DNA of 64,000 nucleotides from Octopus sinensis (lineage: Eukaryota): positions 121,892,001-121,956,000 of the forward strand of contig NC_042998.1 of assembly GCF_006345805.1 (NCBI RefSeq), in the 5' to 3' direction. Position numbers and translations under genes: made by a program. The notes under the pieces are model-generated. The model was not told the origin of the DNA. It did not search any database and worked only from the letters and a program-made list of their open reading frames with translations. Shown one piece after another: positions 42,020 to 55,136 of the stretch; within the stretch, counting starts at the first letter, position 1; each line of letters starts with the position of its first letter.

Positions 42020-43050
42020 TGGCACAATACCAATTTTTTGTTGTGGGGATGAGGTATAAGTCAACTGAATTAACCCCCAGGATATCACTAGTATTACTTT
42101 TATTGACATCACAAGGACAAAGGGCAACAATAATGCAGATCAATAATATTGATTTCTAATATAGACACAAGGCCACAAATTTTGCGGAAAGGGAACAGCT
42201 GGTTATATCAAACCCAGTACTTGACTGGTATTTTATTTTATTGACCCTTGAAGGATGAACAGCTAAGATCTGAACTCAAAACATAAAGAGTTGAAAACAA
42301 TACCACATGTCCAGTGTTCTAAATCATCAGTTGTTTTCCTTTGATTGTTGCCAAGGTCCTTTAATTCATGAAATAAAAATGTTATTCATTGCCGATGAAC
42401 AAAGCAGAGTTATATAATGTATTTATAAGGGCATGTGTAGTAGATTGCTTGGCTACAGTACATTCTTGCTACTTTATAAACTCTAAAGGGATGGTCAGCA
42501 AAGTGGATTTTGGCAGGATTTGAACTTAGGACAAAGCTAAATATGGCAAAGTATAAATATTTTTGTTGCCCTACTGTTTCTATTCTTTGTTCCAGAATCC
42601 CTACAGTTATATTGATGTATAACTTTGGCACATAAATTTATGCAATGGGGTTTGCAGTCTTTGAATCAATTTATGTACATTAATGATATTTTGTTTATTG
42701 ACCCTGGGATGATAAATAGTCAAATCAACAATGACCAGATTTGAACTCAGAACATAAAAGCAGAAATAGCAAGCTGTTTACTCATATTATTTGTTATTAC
42801 TGTTTATGCTCTTCTACAGTTCTCACCTGAGAGCAGCATTGATTTCTTGTCACTACACACAACACCGAATTTTGTTAGGGATGAATTATAGAGAATTAAG
42901 TCAACACAAATTATTCTGATTTATCCCCAAACTAAGGAATGAAAGACTAAAAATCAGTCCCTTACAAGAGTTGAATTCAGAATGTAGAGGGACAAAACAA
43001 AAACATCTAATAGCATATTGTGTAATGTTCTACTGTTTCTGTCAGACTAA
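42020..43050 (-). mobile_element. About four head-to-tail degenerate family A SINEs
   Basis: Repeated (reverse-complement) central domain and TGAACTCA(A/G)AAC B-box at ~42280, 42740 and 42970, plus a fragment at ~42060-42125. Confidence 0.65.
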
Positions 43051-45714
43051 CAGGCTGTAGGAGGTGGTTGGCATAGATGTATGGTTAAAAAGTTTGCTTT
43101 TTGACCTTATGATTGTGGATTTCCACTGCCAAGCACTCTGCTATTAAAGCAACTAACGCTTTGCAAGCTGATTTCATTTTCCATGATTGCATGGGTTGGA
43201 TGAATCATCAGGTTCTGAGTCATTTCTCAATGGGAACTGTTGTTCCCAGAGATTGTTCCCACACAGATTTAGCTTGGTTTCTATGGCGGTATACCCTTCA
43301 TGTTGCCAACCACTCTAGAGAGTGTACTGGGTGCATTTTCTTATGGTACCAATGTTTTAGAGAGGTTGAATAAAAGGGACCTCAGAACCCTATGCATTCT
43401 TTATTCATTTAGCAGCTACTATAGTGTGTACTGGGAGCAATTTTTGTGAAGTAAGTACTAGAGAGACTGTCTCAAGAGATTATCATTCTTGAGGGAGTAT
43501 GATTTATCAGCTTTCCATTGTGGCACCAGTAAATAGGAGGGAGTGCTTTATACACAAAAAAATGAACACAGAGAGTATTCAGTGAGTTAAGATATGTAGA
43601 CAAAGAAGGGGAAATAGGGAGAGTGATGCCAACACTGAGGCCAGAAGAAAGGGGAAAGGTGCAGGGACATTATTTGCTCAGGTGGCTTAGGAGAATATCA
43701 AAGGGACCAAGATGGTTGGGTGGAAGAAAGAAGTAGTAGTAAGATTTAAGCAGCAAGGTTATTTGGGGTGGAGTTATGTAGAAAGTCATTGACAACAGCA
43801 GAGGTAGACAAAGGCAAGGGTGAGTGACAGAATAAGAGTAGGTGATAGGTAACAATGGAAGTGGTCCTGGGGCGGTGGAAATGGGGTAGTCCAATGCAGT
43901 CTTTAGTAACAGGTCTAGTAAAAGAAGCTATCAACTACTTCAAATGAACTCGCCAGGTGTTTAACCCTGTTGATACCAACCTGCCTGTGACTGCTCATGT
44001 TCTGACACAAACTTACTGTTTCAAAGTGATCTAAATTAAAATCTTCCATCAAAATTCTATGGTTCTTGTTCCAAATCCCAGCTTAATAATGAGGAAGTTA
44101 TATTACTAAGTTCTTCATTATCTTAAAAACTGATTGAAACAGACACAGCATATAACAACAGAAATATGATAACAAAAGGGTGATGAGAGTCTATTTCCAG
44201 TATGCTCTTAGTGTGTATTGCTCCAATCTGTCACATGTATAAAATATATACATGTGTGTGTGTGTATGTGCGCATGCACATGCATGCATGCATGTGTCTT
44301 ACTGCTTGAGAAGTGGTGTTGGTTTACACCTACAAAACTTAGCAGTTTGGAAAAAAATAACAGAATAAACATCAGACTTGAAAGTAAGTACTGGGGTTGA
44401 TTTGATCAACAAAACCCTCTAAGGCAGATCCCAGCATCACTGCAGTTCATTGACTGAAAATATAAAGGAATAAAAGAATATAATCTGTACCAAAGTTATA
44501 TCTATTGTTGTTGTTTACATTAGGTCAGACCAATGAGGAAAGTGTTCCGGTTATGACCACCTTGCCAAAAGTCTTCTTCCTTGTTGTTATTAAGTCCAGT
44601 TCAATCTTAGCTGAGCAGGCTTATCATGAAGATGAAGGATGATCTTGCTGTAACCCACTGCATATGCTTCTCAGGAACAGTGTTTACTAGACTATATTAT
44701 CCAATGTGGCCTCCCTTTTCATATGTAAGTTGATTTGAAGGAGATTTGTTTGCTATTTCTAACAGAATAATGGACCACAGGGAAGTTACTTTATTGATTT
44801 GTGTCTATCCACTTTTTCATTTAAAGAGGGTGGGATGTACTTTGAGGAAATTTGGTTGCTATTTCTAGAAGGTCAAACAGCCACATAAAGGCTCTCTCAT
44901 TGGCTTCAGTAAAGTTATCTTTATTTCAAAAAGCTGTAGAATGGCAGAAATGACAGAAGAGTAACAGACTAAATGCCACATGATTGGTTATTACAACTCT
45001 ATACATTGTAAGCTGAAAATCTCACTGGGATAAAACAAAAAGCAAGCATATACATGTGTGTGTGTGCGTGTACGTGTGTATGTGCATGCGTGCATGTGAG
45101 TGAATGAGTGTGTGAGTGTGTAGATGGGCATTGATTAAATTTAGTATACCCCTATTTCCATACAATTCTGTGGCTAAGTGCCAAAGATAACAACAATTAT
45201 TATTATTGTTAATGTAAAAAAAATCACAATGCGACAAAATTTGGTGGAAGTCTTACAAATTTTTTTCATTTGAAAAAACAAGAAAAATATGAAATTGTTG
45301 ACTGGAGATTAATTTGTTAATGTTATTGTTTAGAAGTTTTGTTTAGCTCTGAGCAGACCTAAAGGACTGCCGTACTATCCATCCCAGAACAATGTCAGAT
45401 TACTGAAGAGGAAGATAAAACAAAAAAAAAAAACAAAAAAAAAAATAGTAGTACTAAATGGATGTTTTCATATTTCATAAACATTTAGCTAACAACAAAA
45501 CAATTAGAATTTTTTATTAGTCATATGACAGCTAACACCAGCTGTTACAATGATTTGTTTATATCCCTTAACCCACCAATATATACTCTAACACCACAAC
45601 TAAAAAAATAAACAGCTACCATTAGAGAAGCTTTGAAAGAATGGAATGAGCTTACACATCAGAAATGTGGCATTAGCAACTGCAAAGGCCTAGTTTTCAA
45701 TATGGACACAAAGA

Positions 45715-46930
45715 TCCAGATTTGTTTCTTTAGGGGGTTACTTAATCATTAATTGATTATATCAAGCTCAGCATCTGATTAGTATTCATTTTATTGACCT
45801 AGGAAGGATGAAGAGCAAAGTTAGTCATCTGTTAAATTGGAACTCAGAAAGTAAAAAATCGTCAGTTTTTTTTTCCAGTCCAACATGTTACCAGTTCTGC
45901 CATCCACTATAAACAATGATAATGATGATGATTGAAATTGAAAAAAATCTGGCATCTCAAGGCAGTTACAATACTAGTAATTGTAGGAGTACTAGGAATA
46001 ATCAAAAAAGGAAATGGAAATTATTTAGAATAATTCCTGGCAAACTATCCCTATAAGAAGTGCAAAAGTTTGTTTACCTGTGATACACATATTGAGAAGT
46101 GCACTGTAGCTGTGAGAATGATAACCTTCAGCGTAAATATTTTGTTCTTTTTTCTTTACATAATTTTATTTGATTTTGCAAATGAACAATCTGGTGTGTT
46201 CATTTTAATTGCCTATCAATGTATGCAGTAAATGTTTTTGCCCTAGGTGTCAAGATGACATTCAGCAAGAAATGGAAACAAAGTTGAAGGAAGAAGAAAA
46301 ACTAACAACAACAACAATAATTCTTTCTTCTATAGGCACAAGGCCTGAAATTTTAAGGGTGCAGATTAGTTGATTTCATTGACCCCAGTTTGAATAGGTA
46401 CAAAAGCAAAGTTAACATTGGTGGAATTTGAACTCAATGTAAAGCTGGACAAAATACTGCTAAGCATTTTGTCCTGTGTGCTAACAATTCTGCCAGCTCA
46501 CCACCTTAATAATAGTAATAATAATCCATTCTACTACAGGTACAAGGCCTGAAATTTTTGTAGGAGAGACTATTTGATTACATCAACCCCAGTGTTTCAC
46601 TGATACTTAATTAATCAACCCTGAAAGGATGAAAGGCAAAGATGACCACAGCAGAATTTGAACTCAGAACATAAAAACAGATGAAATGCCGCTAAGCATT
46701 TTGCCTGGATGCTAACGATTCTGTCATTCACTGTCTTCAATAATAGTAATAATAATGAAAACAGTAATGATTTCTAATTTAAGCACAGAGCCAAAATTTT
46801 TTGAGGTCAGTTACATTGACCCTAGTTCTTGATTAGAGTGAATGACAAAGTTGATCTCAAGATTGGCATGTAGAATGTTAAGAGATGTGACTAAATTTCA
46901 CATGGAAATTTTACTGACACCCTCCCAATT
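45715..46930 (-). mobile_element. About four family A SINEs flanking an R4-like fragment
   Basis: Copies at ~45715-45905, 46320-46510, 46520-46735 and 46775-46930, separated by AAT-rich tracts. Confidence 0.75.
45931..46318 (+). mobile_element. Second R4/Dong-like 3' fragment, more degenerate
   Basis: IEIEKIWHLKAVTILVIVGVLGIIKKGNGNYLE, plus a 3' UTR block GCCCTAGGTGT...GAAG shared with 13501-13965. Confidence 0.8.
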
Positions 46931-46993
46931 CTGCAACTGACCTCCATCATTGCTAATAATAAGTAAATAATGCTAAATGAACAAACAAATCTA

Positions 46994-47235
46994 GTAAAAA
47001 GTAAAGTTTCTTCTCGAGTCATATAGACTCATGAGGGCCGGTTTCCATGGTGTATATATTCACCACCTGGACGAGATGCCAGTCCATTACTCATTCTTGT
47101 CAGCTGAGTGGATTGGAGCAACATGAAATGAAGTGTTTTGCTCAAGAACACAACACACTGACCAGTCCAGGAATTGAAACCACAATCTTACAATCATGAG
47201 TCCAACACCCTAACCACTACGCCATGCACCTCCAC
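46994..47235 (-). mobile_element. tRNA-derived SINE (family E, CORE/V-like central domain)
   Basis: Minus strand: A-box TGGCGTAGTGG, B-box GTTTCAATTCC, GTGTTGTGTTCTTGAGCAAAACACTT, GACTGGCATCTCGTCCAGG and a TTTAC-type tail. Confidence 0.8.
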
Positions 47236-47344
47236 AACATTGTATAATTAATAAAAAAAAATGAAGAAAAATCACAAGAAAAACAATGCAAGGATGTGGT
47301 ACATGAAAAGTATTAACAGACACTCGGGGAAGGAAACAAAGGTG

Positions 47345-47379
47345 GTTTTACGTTTTGAGCAAAGCTCTTCTTCAGAAAC
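47345..47379 (-). ncRNA. Decayed minimal hammerhead ribozyme (probably inactive) in a Penelope-like pLTR fragment
   Basis: Minus strand GTTT-CTGAAGA-A-GAGC-ttt-GCTC-AAAAC-GTA-AAAC. All helices are present, but the conserved GAAA reads AAAA (position 47356, a CpG-decay-type change). Confidence 0.65.
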
Positions 47380-48531
47380 AGGAGACAGAGGAAAGTCCAA
47401 GAGAAAAGGAAGATGGAGGAAAAAAATCGACAATGATCCACATGTAGCTACATTTTGAAATGACCCATATATATACACATATACACATACAGTGACTGCA
47501 TTTAGAATACAGAAAAAAATTATATTTCCTATGAATACAAAGAAAGTGGAGCTTTGAGCAACTATAAAATAACCAGTGTGGGATTACAAAAATATCTAGT
47601 AAAGAATAATAGAAAAACTAATACAAATAGCTACAAAATATGTACAAATACAAAACCTTGCTTTCTGTCTGTAAGGAAGCCAACAAATACAAAACAGGTT
47701 TCTTGTTACTTCAAGTAACCTTTTGGTCAAGTTGTTTATGTCCCTCAACTAATAGTCTATGACCAGACTTTAGTTTAGTCTTGGTCTTTTACTAAAGCCC
47801 TGGACCAGGGAATACCTTGAAAGTGAATTTGGTGAATGGAATCAGAAGGAAGTCCAACATGTATGTGTGTATGTGTGTGTGTGTACGCGTAAGAGAGACA
47901 GAGAATGATGATGACCTACAATCTCAATTGAGTGAAACAGAGAATTGAATAATTCCTTGCTGATATGAGTGGAATAAAAAAGTCCCTTTCTTGAAAAATA
48001 AGTTAAGTATTGGTGATAGAATGTATCACCATCCAATCCATTAAATGAACAAACAATTATTTTACAATAAATTACTATTAATGCACACATACTTTAATTA
48101 ATATCAAATAATCTGAATGCCATTTATGTAGTCATAGTTAAATGTTTTAATGTTGGCTTAATTATGAAATATTCTATAATTGATTGGAGCATTTTTATGA
48201 TAGCTCAGCATGGCCAGAAACCTGTACATGCAGATATAAGATGTCCAGTATGTTTGTTGGCTCGTGTTGAATTTATTCATTCAAAACTATGTTTCATTTT
48301 TGGCTAACTCATATTTTACTGAGTGTAAGCTGCTGTCAACAGATTTAGGGCTTTCAAAAGGTATTCCCCCACCTGTTTTTTTTATTTATATCAGATCAAT
48401 AAGAAATGTCTTGGAGGTTTGACTGATGCATTGATTATGTTGAATAAATATGTAAAAAAAAAAAAAATCTCTGTTACTGTTTATCAGTAGACAATGGTTT
48501 GTTTTCGCATTTTTTTTCATCACTTTCCAAG

Positions 48532-48603
48532 TTTATAGACTTTCAAAAGTCTTGCTCTTTGAATGGGGCAATGTTACTGAAGCTTTGATCAATCCTCCAT
48601 ATG
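48532..48603 (+). CDS. Candidate internal exon (72 nt, phase 1-1; alternative acceptor at 48539), unidentified gene
   Basis: Long pyrimidine tract ...cattttttttcatcactttccaag| and consensus donor ATG|gtaagt. Only one frame is open: (x)YRLSKVLLFEWGNVTEALINPPY(G). Non-repetitive sequence. Confidence 0.5.
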
Positions 48604-51332
48604 GTAAGTTCTATTGATTTTTTAGTCACTTCAATTGAAATGACAAATGAAGCCAGAGTTCAAACTACATTTAAAAGAAAAACAAAAAACAAAAAAAAAA
48701 AAAACACATGGCTTGCTGCTCCTGCTACAACAACAACAGCAACAACTATAACAGTAACAACAACAACAACCACAACTACAATGACTTTTGTTGTAGAAAG
48801 TGTACCGCTTTTAAATACAGCCCATGAGCTGATGTTGATATTGACTGTTCTAATAAGTGATAACTGTTACCATACTGCTGGTGGCAGCTCTAGTTGGAGT
48901 GATGCCATATGGGCAAGACCACCTAATTTGTGTATCATCATCATCATCATCATTCTCATCTAGATTTTATAACAATGATATGAGATTTGTAAATAGAAAT
49001 CAATAGTATGATGAACTAATATTTATGTTTGTAAGGATTTTGTAGTTGCTAAGTCCTTAACTGTATAAATACAAATGATTAAATAAATTATGATTTTTCT
49101 TTTTTTACTTGAGAAGAGCAAAGTCAGTCCTGACTCTTGATGTTATTTTCTTGACCCAAAGAGAAGATGAAAGGAAAAGTGGAGCCTTGCAAGACAGAAC
49201 ACAGAATGTAGAGAAAAGAATGAAGACATATTATTACGGTTAAACCTTCGGCCCAGTGCATCACTATTTCACCTACTCTTCACCTTACTACTACTACTAC
49301 TACTACTACTGCTACTGCTACTGCTGCTGCTGAGTACTCTTATAACCCATTGGGTCGTAGTAGCAACAGTGAATCCTTCACCAATTCTTGTTGGCTCACA
49401 TATTATGTGTGAACCAATGTGGGGATCTCTTTGTGACCGTAGAAACAGCAGCCTATTTCCTTCATATTAAACCTTGTCATCTTCAAAATGGAAACATAGG
49501 ACTGTGAAGTCATAGATATAATAAAACACTAGATGGTCATATTTGGGATAAATTTGATCATAGGTTTGCTCAATTGAAACTGAGCTAGAACCCAACAACA
49601 GCAATAACATCCAGCTGCAAAAATACACATTTCAACTATTTATAGGTAGATATTTTAAGATATGAGAGACACAGCTCATTCATACAAGTCTGGAGTTAAA
49701 AAAAATTCCATTAAAATAAATGAACAAAAAAGAACATAAAAAAATTAAAATAAGAATATAATTTTAAGAGAAGCAGGTGAAGAATTTTTAGATGATTTAA
49801 GTTTTTTTTTGCTCAGTGAATCAGCAATAAATGAAATGGATTTTGGACATTAGAATTTTCTGTTTCAGGTAGCTCACAGATATTGTCAAAGTTTGTCTAA
49901 GAGTATGCAATAAATCTATGAGTGATATATCAGTGATATCGCTCTCTCTCTCTAAGAAACCATACTAGAGGATTTATCACTTCAGACGACTAAACAAATA
50001 TCTTGGTGAAACCTTATAAAATAGCAAACATTGGAAATAAGAAAAGAAGCCAAATATTCTGTTTATTGGAGTCGATTTCACTGAGAATCAATTTTTCAGC
50101 ATTAACTCCGCCCACACCAGCATTTGATATTAATTTTAAAAAGCCGTATCTTCAGGAAAGATTTGATTATGAGGAATTATAACCCCATTTAAATGTGATG
50201 AAGTCCAGTATAATTTTTGACAATTTTGCTTCAGAATTTTCTTTGTTATAAATGAATGAAAGGAAAAGGGGATGAGAATGATGTAATTCACGGTCAATTT
50301 GAACATAATCTATGGGATGATCTCTGCACAGGTACAAAAAAAGAAAAAAAAGGAAAAACAAAATAAAATCTTAGAGAGGAAATTTCAGAGAATGACTTTT
50401 AAAGAGAAAGAATTGGGTAGAGGTTTTAGTGTAAGATCTGGGTGAAGATAATAGTTTTTATTTACTTTATTTTTTTTATCGTTTGGTTAGAAATGGAAGG
50501 ACAGCATTCATAACTCTTTATTTCTAGTTGTAGGAGGGAGGAAATTATCTTCAAACGGGAGATCTGACTGGAATTCTTGCAACAGAGTAAATTCCAATAA
50601 AGGCATCTGATGACCAGGTGGTGGAGTTAAACCAGGCAACACGAAATGTGCATTGGGTTAGTTTGGGTGGAGAAGGAATGCAGCTATCTGGTTGAGAGGT
50701 GCAGAGGATGTGACAAAATAAGGTGGAGAGAAGAAATAGCATGTCAGTGAGCCATTAGCTGTAACATAATGGATGGCAAATCTTCATCAATAAGGTAGAT
50801 TTTATTTGTTCTTGTAAGACCAGCAGAAATTACATAGTATCAATTCAACAAAACAGATTGCTCTACTCATGATATCTAGTTCAGGCACTAGACCAGCAGT
50901 TTTGAAGGGAAGGGATAAGTCAATACCACTGACACCACTATTTCATCAGCAACTTATTTTACTGGCTCAGGAGGGGTGAAAGCAAGGTTGATCTCAGTGG
51001 AATTTGAACTCAGAATGTAAAAGTTAGAAGAAACATTAATTTCAAATTTTGGTAAAATGATTATAATTAAATGAAATGTATGTATGCATGTTTGTGTGTG
51101 TGTGTGTGTGAGAAAGAGAGTGTGTGTGCATATACATATATTATCACCATCATTATCATTTAATATCTGCCTTCCATGCTAGCATGGGTGGGACAGTACC
51201 ACAAGAGCCGTCCAGGCAGAAGCCTGCACCAGACTTCTGTGACTGTTTTGGCAGGATGCCCTTCCTAACACCAACCACTCAGCATAGTGGACCTGATGCT
51301 TTTTAGGTGGCACAGGCACAGATGTCAGTATA

Positions 51333-51391
<59 letters not shown>

Positions 51392-51559
51392 ATGTGTACA
51401 TATATATATAATCCTCCAGGCAATAACTGAGGAATTCAAGACGGGTTCCCTTAGACCTATTATTTCAGTAATCACACATATATACAATAATGTACTGGTT
51501 TTAATTCTATTTTGCTCTTTTACTTGCCCATACTGACAATGGTTTATATATTTATTTGA

Positions 51560-52560
51560 TTTGTTTTTGCCCTATCTGTTAACCATCAACAAATTGGAAC
51601 CACGTCATGGCTTTCAAAAACTAACTAACCAATTAGGTTGTAGGACTGACCATGACCCCCACCCCACTACACATAGGGATTGAGAGACTTGTTGATCAGC
51701 AAAAAAATAACGAACACCAACACTGTACTTTAGTGACCACCGGGTTCCTTACTCTAATTAGTATACTTATATAACAAATTCTCACATGATGGGTTCACCA
51801 TCATAGGTTGCATATGCCATCCGCAACGTTGCAGCTACTAACTGGCACTCTACATATGAACTTTCACCTCCGTAACACAAACCATTCCTTGAAATCCACC
51901 ACTGTATTTCTATGTAAACATAATATGAATTCCTATGTAAACATAATGCAAACTACTGCCTAAATCCATCCTTCTTAAAAACTCTACAAGAATGACTATA
52001 TTCACCGATCCACCATTGGACGAAGTAACATGGATCCTGGATTACACCACAGGAAGTTTGTAGCTTATTTCCACTTCCTGTACCTAATTCATTCCAATAA
52101 GTTGTACTTCTCTCACAACCCTATGATTGCTCCTATTCTTTTTCTGCCCTTTTCAATAATGACAGATACACTGTACCTATTGTTAACTGTTTATTATATG
52201 TATTAGCCCTCCTAACCAATTAGAACCTCTGATGAAGCCTAGAGACACACTCCTCATCCAAACTATATCTGCCCATCCCTACAGAACACTGAAGAGATGG
52301 AGATGGCATGGAGGATTTTGTTGCCTCTTGGCAGAAACGGCTGTAAGGAACTGATCTTTTGCTTTTTTCTGTAATATTAACGCATGTGTGTGTAACACAT
52401 AGTTACTGCATGTGTATGTCTTCTTCTAATACTTTCTAACGCTTTGTAATAAATAGACACACTGGAATGTCTACTGGATGATGTATGTCGTTTTGTATCC
52501 TCTCCATTTTCTTATTTGCCGTATAAATTAAGGGTAAACCACTCTTTACTCCTGCCCATA
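51560..52560 (+). mobile_element. Probable Penelope-like 3' remnant with pLTR
   Basis: Unique-looking block ending in a hammerhead motif and a T-rich pLTR-like tail. Only weak GIY-YIG-like traces (HR..AIRN; GRS....HRKF), so the protein-level call is uncertain. Confidence 0.45.
52221..52353 (+). ncRNA. Type I hammerhead ribozyme with a long (~100 nt) stem II
   Basis: CCT (52226-52228) + CTGATGA (52229-52235) + A-GCCTAGAG...CTCTTGGC-A + GAAAC (52334-52338) + GGCT + GTA cleavage triplet (52343-52345) + AGG. Stem I extends through an AA/AA internal loop. Confidence 0.7.
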
Positions 52561-52862
52561 TATGACACACAATTACAAGATTGCCATGCAATAACCAGCG
52601 TTTGGGTATGAATAATTGGGTACACTACAAGCAGTATATTGGATAGGCATTATCCCTTAGTTGGTTGGTTTCACAACCTCTAACTCTCACAGAAATATAC
52701 ATATATATATAAATTTAAATAAAGGTTCATAGAACTACCTTAAAGGATAGAAACTATCCAATGAATTACTGATTTGTTGCTTATTATTTTGTTGTGAATA
52801 GTAATATTCCTGAAATAACAAGTTTAAGTATAAATATTGTTTTATAGATATTCAAATTAAAA

Positions 52863-53024
52863 TCCAGAAAATGGAGAAGTAGCATTAATATAATTTATTA
52901 CTACTAAAATTCATCATTTTCACTTACAGCTGTTTCGATTTTACCCAAAAGAATTAAATTCCAGTAATTAAAACATTTTATTGGGCAAAATATATTATAT
53001 TAATGCTACTTCTCCATTTTTGGA
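52863..53024. repeat. Short foldback with nested inner stem
   Basis: TCCAGAAAATGGAGAAGTAGCATTAATATAAT vs ATTATATTAATGCTACTTCTCCATTTTTGGA; inner ATTTTACCCAA/TTGGGCAAAAT. Confidence 0.9.
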
Positions 53025-53159
53025 CTAATGGGTATATGTCGATTAGTGTGCTGAAGTGTTGAGTAGAACACTGGCTCAGTTTGGGCTACCTGGTGTCATC
53101 CACAGTTGGAGTATATTTCCATTGGATCTACTTCAGGAATTCCGCAGTGTTAGTTGAGA

Positions 53160-53378
53160 TAATAATAATTCCTTAAGTAATGAGAAGATGGATTTGATAT
53201 TAATCTTTATTTTGTACAACAGTCGTTTCAACCCATCCTGCTAAAATTGATATAACACAACATGTTGAAAGGAGTCTAACCCATTAGGGACAGTAGCAGG
53301 ATGGGTTGAAATGACTGTTGTACAAAATAAAGATTAATACCAAATCCATCTTCACATTACTTCAGAAATTATTATTAT
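53160..53378. repeat. Foldback (arms ~83 bp)
   Basis: 53160-53243 is the reverse complement of ~53293-53378 (GAAGATGGATTTGATATTAATCTTTATTTTGTACAACAGTCGTTTCAACCCATCCTGCTA). Confidence 0.9.
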
Positions 53379-53487
53379 TATCATTATTATTATTATTGTT
53401 ATTATCATCATCATCATCATTATTATTGTTATTATCATCATCATCATCATCATTATCGTTATTATCATCATCATCATCATCATTATC

Positions 53488-53537
<50 letters not shown>

Positions 53538-54134
53538 CATCATCATCATTATATATATAGTAGCTACAAAATTAACTAGTATTAATATTCACACACACAC
53601 ACACAAACACACATATATATATATATATGGATAATACCAGCATGAATATATGACATTTTGCTAGAAAATCATTGGTATTGTTAAATATCAGTTATAATGA
53701 ACTAAGAAATCTCACATAGTTATTTCACATTTTCTCTAACGTCTGTACTGTACATAATCATAAATTAATGCATAATTATCTGCAGACAGCTTGTTTGTTA
53801 TTGTTTACCTAGGTCAACTCTGATTGGGAATATCTATGATCAAAAATGTTTTAACTGTGATCACTGTAGTTCAATATATCTAGGACTACCTTGTCCAATA
53901 TGTCCTTTAAGATGTTAGGATGCCTTTTCCTAGCAAGTCAAGCAACCATGTGGGACTCTCCCATTGGCTTGGCCAGAAGCTAGTAAATTAATCTAGTGGA
54001 TCTTGGACTTTCAAGCTTTCTTACCCTTTTTTTTTTTTTTTTTTTGGTATTTAAAAAACGATACAGGACCATAAGTCTTTTGGGAACTAATGATATATTT
54101 GTATCTGATTTCAAACTTAACTTTACAGTAATGA

Positions 54135-55104
54135 ATTTTCTTATCTACATCTATATATCTATTTATCATAGATTTGTTATACATTGGAGCATACATGTAG
54201 CTATACACTTGAGCATATGTGTAGCTTTTTTGATGTGTGAGCACGTGTGATGATGATGATGTGTGGCTTGATTAATCACCTCAGCACCTGTATGGTTTAC
54301 TTTGACAGATACCAGCTTCGTTCCATCAATGTAACTAACAGATGTTCTTTTTTATCCTCTGTATGGATGATACTCAAAGCAACTCAACATTAACAAAGGT
54401 TAGACTGCAACTTCATGAATAAATATATAACCTACTATAGAACCAAGTGTGGAAATAAAATAGTTCCTAAGGATTGATAAATTGAAGTTATTAGGAACAA
54501 TTCTAAATGCAAAAGGGATCAGGTTTATATACCACTAAATTTAAGACATGCACACAGAAATATACATTATATCTTAGTTGCCAACAGCAATCAATGTGTG
54601 ATGGATTAAACAAGATATCTACTTACAAAACACTTGTAACAAAAGACAAAACACATAAAAAAAAAATAAAGATGAAAAAGAAATTAGACGTTTGGAAGTA
54701 TGTGTAACTAAACTAGTATCTTGAAATTTAAGTCACCTTGCTGTTTATGTCTCTCTCTCTGTCTCTGTCTCTCTCCCAACATACCAAAGCTCATACTACA
54801 CAATCTTTCTCAGGACTGCATCCTTTTAGAACAAACATCCTGCAAATTAATCTACGCCTGACATGAAGCTCACTAATGGATTTTCTTCTCTATATTCTCC
54901 AATGAACCTGTTAAAATCTATGCCAGCTACACTCTCAAACAACAACCGAGTTTACTTTGCTTACCATCATGGAAGATACAACCTGTGTCTTTTTTGCTGT
55001 TATCTTTCTTCCTCATTTATATCTATTTATTAATAAATTTGTTGTACTTATAAATGTCTGAGCACATGCATAGCTTTCTTTGATGTATGAGCATACATGC
55101 AATA

Positions 55105-55136
<32 letters not shown>

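Noticed and set aside
47170-47235. tRNA gene
   Set aside because: A- and B-boxes are present, but no acceptor stem closes and the sequence continues into a SINE body. The same applies to the family A and D heads.
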